Below, piece by piece: positions 56,540 through 64,000 of a stretch of DNA of 64,000 bases. The position numbers and the translations under genes are program-made. Position 1 is the stretch's first letter, and each line of letters opens with the position of its first letter. The notes under the pieces were generated by a model, which saw only the letters and a list, made by a program, of their open reading frames with translations, was not told the DNA's origin and did not search any database. Origin of the DNA: Lama guanicoe (Eukaryota). The stretch covers positions 12,311,413 through 12,375,412 of the forward strand of contig MU053934.1 in NCBI GenBank assembly GCA_013239625.1. The letters are read 5' to 3'.

Positions 56540-58799
56540 TGCCCCTGGCACCTGTGGGAAGAGAGCAGGGTCAGGGAAGCGCCAGCTGGAAGCACCCCCC
56601 ACACACACACAGGAACCCCCTCCGCGTTCCTCACCCTGCCTGAATGACCAGAACACAAGCTGGGGCAGTTGTGGCTGCCCAGCGTGCCTGGGCACCCTGT
56701 CTTTTCCCTGCCCATCGGGCCAGACACACCCACTCTCATCACCAAGGAGACCATCTCCCAATCCTCCTCCAGAAGTTCAACCTGTAGCCTAACCTATGAC
56801 TGGGGCAGGCCATCACCACTGCATGCTTCAGGCACAAGTTTGGCTGCCCCCAGAGAACTGCGCCCCGGCCTCCACCTCCAGATTCTCAAAGCATCTGCAG
56901 GCCCACCTCCAAGTCAACAGAGCACCTCTTCCAGGAAGCCTCCCAGGCATTCATGCACGTGCCCATCCCCACATCTCATGACCCCAAGAGCTCCAGGTGA
57001 TCTGGGTGAGGCACTGCCCCCACATCACAGTCTCCAGAGCATAGGCTCAAGCTGACCAACAGGCCCTGAACATGCAAACAGGTGGATCACACACCTGTTC
57101 TATGCCTGACTCTCAGCACACAGTCCAATCTGACAGGAAAGAGAAGAAACCAGTACCGCAACAGAAAGGGAGCTGGGCCAACTGCGAAGATCAGTGAGGG
57201 CACCCCATGTGCACCTGCCCAGCAGAGCCTGCCTCCCCATCCACCTCCCCAACCCTCCAATCCTCCCTCCATCCCCCCTGCCCCTGCAGAACCAGCAAAA
57301 GGGGCAGCAACAATCTACCTTCCTGCCTGAGCCCTGCACAGGGCAGAGCCTCAGATGGAGGCACATGGGAAGCCAACCCTTGGAGAGCGTTCTGGAGCCC
57401 ACCAGGTCTCTGAGGAGGGTACCTCGGAGCCTGCAGAGGGCGCTGCCTCCACATCAGCGTGCATGTCCACATGTGTGTCCATGTGCTAAGGTCAAGGCTG
57501 GGCTAAGGGTCCCCAAACTGGAGAAAGGACCAAAGGCCCCACAAGTGGACCCAGAACATGCAAGGTTCTCTCCCCAGCTCAGGGACACAGGGTCTTGGGG
57601 AAACGGGCAGGGCCACTCTGCCTCTAGGCCTCTTTTACCTTGGGGTAGTCTCATACCCCTTTTACCCCCGAGACCCTGCTCTGTCCTGGTCAGAATCCTG
57701 TACCGGCCTCTGCCACCCCCCCTACAGGCTGCCCTTTCAGTGTGTGCCTGAGGCCTTATTCCTGGACCCAGTGAAACCTCCCCAAGGGATGCCCACGCCT
57801 GGCATGACACTGAGGGCAACCCTGTCCACGCCGCAGGCCCAGGTGGACAGACCCCGATGGCAGAGGGTACTGAGGGACCCAGGCCCTGGCCCCCCAGACT
57901 CCCCCACAGCCTGCTGCAGCTCTAGAGGAGCTGGCATGCACCTGTGGCCACCTTAAACACCACCTCCCTGGATACCCTCTTATTCCCTCAAGAAACAACT
58001 ACTTTTCTCTTCCTCCTTCAACAGCCTGCCCTGTGTCCATTTCCTCCAGGAAGGCAGAAAGCGGGGTCTGCTCTGCTCTGTGACTGAGGGGAACGTTTCT
58101 TTGGGGCACTGGCTCTGGGCAAATCTGTGTTTACTGGAATGGGCTGGCTTTTTCTCATGGGCCCTGTGACTTTCACGTCCAGCCAGCTTCCTCCTTTGCT
58201 TGGGCACGAGGAAGCGCCCTGCCAGGTGTGGCTGTTCTCCACCACTTCCCGCCCCGTGGCATGGCTCTGTTCTGAGTGTCCACAAGCTTCGTCAAACCCC
58301 TGGAGAAAGTGTAACCAAGAAGAAAGGTGGCCCCTTCTTGGTTACAGACAAAGCCCTCTGCACCCCAGAACCCCTGCAGGACTCTGGCAGGGGCAAGTCA
58401 CAGGGCTGTGGAAGATGGCCCTCAGCTGGACAGCTCCTGCCTCTGCACAGAAGCCCCTTACCCTGGAGTGCTCAGTTCTGGTCTGGCCCCTGGGGACTCC
58501 ACATGCCCTCCTCACAAGCCTCTAGGAGAGGAGCCACCCACAGGCTATCTGGAGGGTGTCCAGGAGGAGAGACAGCAGGGACCTAGCAAGGAGGTGATGG
58601 TGGCCTGAGAGGGCTGTGGGAGGAGAAACCAGCTCACCAAGACGCAGTGATCAGTTTGGGGAGAAGATGGTGCCTGTGGTCAGAGACAGGAAGATTTCAC
58701 AGGAATGTGCGGCAGGATGGGCAGATCCTGGGGGGGGTGCGTGGGGAGGGGTGTCCCCTACCATCGCAGACTCCTCTCCAGGCTGAGCTGCCTGTTTAG

Positions 58800-59470
58800 G
58801 GGAGAGGAGGACGCGGTTCCGGAGACCCCCAGACATGGAGCTGGGATGCCCGTGACTCTAAAACTCTGCGCAGAACGAGGGCGCCAGGAGAGGCCCTGGG
58901 CCCTCGGCACCCGCTGGCACTGTCATTCAGGGCCCTCCCGGGGAAGGAAACGGCACCGGCCTGAGGACCCGCCCCCTCGGCGCCCCTCCCCCGCCGCCCG
59001 AGCGCCCCGGGGGCGGCCCCGCAGGGCCGGCCGCCCCGCCCCCCGCGCCCGCGCGCTCGCCTGGGCCCAANNNNNNNNNNNNNNNNNNNNNNNNNNNNNN
59101 NNNNNNNNNNNNNNNNNNNNNNNNNNNNNNNNNNNNNNNNNNNNNNNNNNNNNNNNNNNNNNNNNNNNNNNNNNNNNNNNNNNNNNNNNNNNNNNNNNNN
59201 NNNNNNNNNNNNNNNNNNNNNNNNNNNNNNNNNNNNNNNNNNNNNNNNNNNNNNNNNNNNNNNNNNNNNNNNNNNNNNNNNNNNNNNNNNNNNNNNNNNN
59301 NNNGGGGGCGGGCGGGGGCGGAGCCGGGGCCGCCCGGGCCCAGTCACCCCTAGGAGCCGTCCCGACCGTCTTAGAGGGACCCGTGCCCAGGCTCCTCTGC
59401 CGGAACGCAAGAGCGGGGCCAGGACTTGAACCCAGAACCGACCAAGTGGGGAACTCTTGGGGCGCCCCCT
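58800..59470. promoter_or_regulatory. Intronic CpG island in the PLXNB2 5' region (spans an N gap); possible alternative promoter
   Basis: CpG-dense flanks on both sides of gap 59071-59303, with GC boxes. Confidence 0.55.
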
Positions 59471-60505
59471 CTTCTGAGAAAGCTCTGTTGTGACCCTGAG
59501 CCCTCCTTCAGCCTTGCTAGCTCCAGGAGGTGGCAGCGTCCGGGACACAAAAAGAATGCTCTGATCTTCCTCTGGTTAATGCCCACTTGACTGAGCCCCT
59601 AGGGCAAGAGCCCCAGCCGTGTCCTCTGCCCCCAGGGTCCCCAGGTCTGGTACAGCCTAAGTGCTCGATGTTAATGTGTGCACAAAGAGAGCTGGACCAG
59701 ATCCTGAAGCTGACAATAAAACTGGCCCAGATATGTGCTCTGCCCCATTCCTGCCCACCCCCACCCCAAACAGGCCAGGGCCAGACCTGGGCTCCCTGCC
59801 CCCGGAGCCCTCTCAGTGGCAGGCAGAGTGAGGCTCACATCCCAGTGCTCCAGGGTCCCCCAGTGCTGAGCCCAAACAGCGTGGCAGGAGGGACCAGGTG
59901 ACAATCTACAAGCAGCAGCTCCCTTCACTTCCTGGACAAACAAAACCTTCAGTGATCTGCCTGGCTAGGTCTCCGAGCAAAGGGCGACCCACCTGACCAG
60001 AGGCATAGCTCAGGCTGGCGGTGCAGGAGGCGCCAGGCACAGCCAGCAAAGCTTCCTGCCGCTGGTGTTCCTGGAACAGGCGCTTCCTGTTTTGAAGGCT
60101 GGCCCAGGACCCCCACTTGCTTACGGGGCCTGAGGGGATTTCCTCAGGGGCATCAGACGCCTTCTTCCTCCTGGCTCAAGTCCGGAGGTGCACTTCCAAG
60201 AAGTCACACAAACTCCAGCCTGCTGCTGGCCCGGAAGGCGTCTGGACTGGCACCCCCTCCCCTCAAGCCCAAATTCCCAGCCCTAATATTCCAGAACCCA
60301 GAGCTGTAGTGCCCAAACCCTGGCCCAGTGTCTCTGCAGAGCCCACCCCTGCCAAGCACGTCCTGGCCTCAGAGATCTGGGGGGCCTGGCACCCGGGTCT
60401 GGGTAGATGTGGGTTCAGTGGGACACCTGAAGGACACCACACACTATCACTGTCTGTGTGACTCAGTCCCCACTGTCCTCCCCGGGGGGCTCAGCCCCCA
60501 CTCAC

Positions 60506-60556
60506 CGAGACTCCCGCAGTCCAGCTCAGCCTCCGCTTCAGGCGGGCATCAAGAGT
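60506..60556 (-). other. PLXNB2: Probable non-coding 5'UTR exon of PLXNB2 (51 nt)
   Basis: Strong acceptor TCTCCTTTGTTTCCTACAG and donor G|GTGAGT. The first coding exon has its own acceptor 12 nt before the ATG (exon starts 56551), so upstream UTR exons are expected. Confidence 0.7.
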
Positions 60557-60954
60557 CTGTAGGAAACAAAGGAGACACGGAGGTCTCACCACAAGCCTGG
60601 CCCCTGCCTCCAGGTCCCTCCTAAGCTCCATGTCTGGGGGCCAAGGCGCAGCCCATGGAACCCCAGCTGGGAAGCAGGAGCCCCTCAACCTGCCTCCTCC
60701 ACCCAGCCCTCAGCACTGCCCCTCCCTCAGACACCAGACTCCCAGTCCCAGCCCAGCACTCCAGTGCAAACATACCCACTTCATCTTTCCAGAATACAAG
60801 CCTGACACGCCCCCCCTCCTCTGTTCCAAAACAGCAGAGGCAAAAAAGGGCATTTTATGTCTACTGGTATAGTCTGCTTATTAAGCTAGGTACATATATT
60901 ACTTTGAGTAAAATAAAAGTTGCTTCCTGGAAAGCAAACATACACACGACACCG

Positions 60955-61140
60955 CAGTTCTACTTACTAGCTGTGTGACCTTGGGCAAGTTACTTAACTT
61001 CTCTGTGCCTCATTTCCCCATCTGTGAAAGGGAGACAGTCACAGTGAGCTCCTCCAGGGGTTTGTAAGAACTAAAGGATTCATGCAGGAAAAGCTTCAGA
61101 GAGCCTGTTATATTGTAGCACTCAGCAATGCCTGCTACTG
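60955..61140 (+). mobile_element. MIR SINE
   Basis: MIR core ACTTACTAGCTGTGTGACCTTGGGCAAGTTACTTAACTTCTCTGTGCCTCATTTTCCCCATCTGTGAAA. Confidence 0.9.
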
Positions 61141-62629
61141 TATCCTCTCCTACACAGACACCTATGTGAACCCCCAGGGAGGGTCTGTCCAAGGATAATT
61201 CTCAGCATGGTTTATGAGAGGGGAATTGGGCACTCAGCATGCAACCAGAGGACACTGAAAAACCATGGGCCAGTGAAAGTAGGTGCTCCATGCTGACCCA
61301 ATGGAGCCAGACCCTTTGGGGAGAGTTGTGTAGAATTCCAGGTATCTCCACCCCAGGGTGACTATATGACACACACCAGTTTAATTTTGGAGACGTTCTA
61401 GAAGCCTTCATCCAAATGGAAAGTCGTGGTGGAGAGGGGGCTGGGAGGGCCAAGGAACTTCATTTGCCAATTTTTGAAAAAACAGTTTACGAGGATCTAT
61501 TTACATGCTGCTCGTATAAATAAAGAAGTGTGTGCAAAAACAACCGCATGCCCTCCAGCTCCACTCTCAGAGCCTCGGGACAGGCTCTCCAGACCCTCAG
61601 TGACCACCCCCAACCCCAACCACCTCTCCCGGCCTGTCCCAGCCCCTCCCTCCCCACATTCAGTTCAGCCCCTGAATCCCGCTGCCTCCCAGCCAGGCTG
61701 CCCCACCCAGCATCGTGCCTCCAACACCTCGCTCACCAGGGTCAGGCCCTGCTCCCCCAGCACCCCAACGGGTACACCTTGTGCAGGTGCAAGGCACTCC
61801 TCTAACACGGGCACCATTTTAGAGTAGGGCCCAGGGCTGGAAGGACCTACAGCGGGTCCAAAGGAGACCAGCAGGGGTGGACACGCAGGAGGTGGGGCAC
61901 ACTTGTCACACAGACAGCACTTCCTTGTGGCAGAAGTCCCTCTGGTGTCCTCTGCCCGGGCTGAGCAGGGAAGGGTTAACCTGAACAAGGGACGAGGGGC
62001 TCCAGGTCAGGGAGCGGGGTGTCCTTTTGCCAGAGGCACTCAAGGCAGCCTTTGTGAAAGGGGCAAAGGCCCAAATGAAGGCAAACTCAGAGGCCAAACC
62101 ACAGGGTGTCAGGATGCTGCAGCTGGTCCAGGTCAGGGCTGAGCTCAGGGTCACAGTGCGTGCACACTCCCCACCTCCAAGGGATGGCATGCTGGCCTCC
62201 GTGTGCCCCATGCCTGCTCCCTCAGCTGCCTCCACCCCCATGGCATGTCCCCAGCCCCCCCAGTTCCGGTCCCTAGTGTGTGTGTCTGCTGCAGGCAAGG
62301 CCAAGGGAGGCTGGCCTCTTTCAAGGGACACCTTCTTCCCCAGCCCACATGCCCAGCCCCCACAGCCACCACCTCATCCCTGAGGACACCTGCCCTGAGG
62401 GACCCAGTGACCAGGCTGGGCCCACACCGCAGACCCTCCCCTTCTCAACACCAGGCTCCTGCAGCCAACACTTCCTCCAGAATGAACCCTGGTCTCCTCC
62501 CCTTCCCCCTTCCTAACTCAAAGGTGCCTCCTCTCTCAACCAGCCTGCCTAGCCCCTAGATCTCCCACCTTGTCCACCCTGCTTCCCACAATCACACACA
62601 CCCGATGCTGCTGCAGAGGGGCCTCGAGG

Positions 62630-62735
62630 GCTGAGGTCTGGAGCCAGACTATTGGGTTCAAACCCCAGGTCTATCGCTTTTCAGTTGGATTGTGTGGGTT
62701 TACAAACTTACTCTGTGCCTCAGTTTCCAGGTGGG
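62630..62735 (+). mobile_element. Degenerate MIR fragment
   Basis: TCTGGAGCCAGACTATTGGGTTCAAACCC...CTCTGTGCCTCAGTTTCC. Confidence 0.65.
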
Positions 62736-63654
62736 GGAGGTACTCAGGATGACATCAGGATGTCACCATGTCTCTGCTTTTGCAGTTCCTGCTCAGAAAC
62801 TCTTACCCATCCGTCAGAACTCTGGGACACCCATCCTGCCCTGGCCCTGCAGGACTGTCAGTCATCCTCTCTGGTCTGTGGCCTTGATGGATGGGACTGC
62901 TGTGAGCAAGATCCGAACACAGGATCTGGCCGAGTGGGCACCCATGGGTCTCAGCCCAGGGACCCAGGAAGGGGTACACGAGGCAGAGAGACCTGAAAGC
63001 ACGTGTCCCTGCAGCTGGTCTCTGAGCCTCCCGTAGGGTGGTGTCTCCGCCCCTGGCCAGAAAGCTGCCGGGGACTGCGACAGGCTGCTAGGGGTCCAGG
63101 CCTTTCCTCTCACCCCACAAGCGTGGAAGCAGGGGGAGCCCCAGCCAGTGGCCCCCATGGCTCCCTCCGCAGGTCTGGGCACAGGGGGATGTTGCTCCCC
63201 CCTCCCCCCACCAGGAAAAGGCAACCAGGAAGTACCTAAGGGGGAGGGCAGTGTCCTCACTCCAGATCGGACTGGGGGGCTGGGGGACATCAGTGTCCCC
63301 CTCCCATATCCCCCCAGAAGGGGGATCTAGGGTGTGGGGTGTGGGCTGGACTTCCATGGCACTATTTTCAAGCAAACACAAATTGAGCAATTTCTTACAG
63401 CGAAAATCAAAACAGTGCAAAGCAGCCAAGTCCATGGAGGAGGGACTCAACCAGGAGGCTGCCCGTGGCCAGGCCAGCCAGCGTGTGGGCTCAGGAAGGG
63501 GACCAAGATGGGACTGGGACAGGACTGGGGGACAGACAGGCACCCAGAGACCTGCATGGGGCCTCAGTCTTGGGCAGACACGGAGAAAGGGACGATTCAG
63601 GCAAAGACTCTGGCCCAGGTAGGGACAGGTACAGCACCCCGATACACACACACA

Positions 63655-64000
63655 CCTGAGACGGGGCGGGGGGGGGCGGGGGGCGGNNNNNNNNNNNNNN
63701 NNNNNNNNNNNNNNNNNNNNNNNNNNNNNCTCGGGTGTCGCCCCTCCCCCTCCCGGCCTCCGCTCGGCTCTCGCGTCGAAAATGCAAATCTGCAATTAGC
63801 CAGAGCGTTAAACAAACCAGGGGAAACAAAACATACGAGACGCCGGCAAAATCCGAGCCTCCGCTGTTTTCAAAACAAGTGCGAGCGAGGGGCGCGAATC
63901 GGGGTGGGCTTCAGTCCAGCCCCGCGGTCCCACCCCCACCCTGGGGACCTGGGTCAGAGTTCAGCCCCGGAGGCGGGCCGGTCCCCCAATCGTGAGGGCC
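63655..64000. promoter_or_regulatory. Start of another CpG island in the PLXNB2 upstream/intron 1 region
   Basis: CpG-rich sequence and G runs flanking gap 63687-63729; octamer-like ATGCAAAT at 63782-63789. Confidence 0.5.

Noticed and set aside
56540..56761. N-terminal extension of plexin-B2 suggested by the 475-aa ORF
   Set aside because: It runs through a clear acceptor (TCTTCCCACAG) at 56552, so it is intronic. The signal peptide starts at 56539.

Overview
GC-rich mammalian genomic DNA with four N gaps (1764-2626, 35105-35172, 59071-59303, 63687-63729). A vic-1-like tRNA-derived SINE suggests a camelid. Five spliced genes lie in tandem, all on the minus strand, in the order known from human 22q13.33: PLXNB2 (35 coding exons, 1841 aa), MAPK11 (p38-beta), MAPK12 (p38-gamma, 367 aa), HDAC10 (670 aa) and the first four exons of TUBGCP6, which runs off the left edge. 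Exons were traced by hand from GT/AG boundaries and reading-frame continuity. I found no previously undescribed system. The strongest anomaly is MAPK11 exon 1, which lacks its last ~42 coding nt (the GSGAYG ATP-binding loop) and its splice donor, with no N gap, while exons 2-12 are intact; this is either a hidden misassembly or a recent knockout allele. Other notable points are U12-type introns at the same position in both p38 genes, a young L1 with a perfect 20-bp target-site duplication nested in an old L1, and an HDAC10 3' end that abuts the TUBGCP6 promoter. Comparisons with human proteins are from memory and need confirming by alignment.
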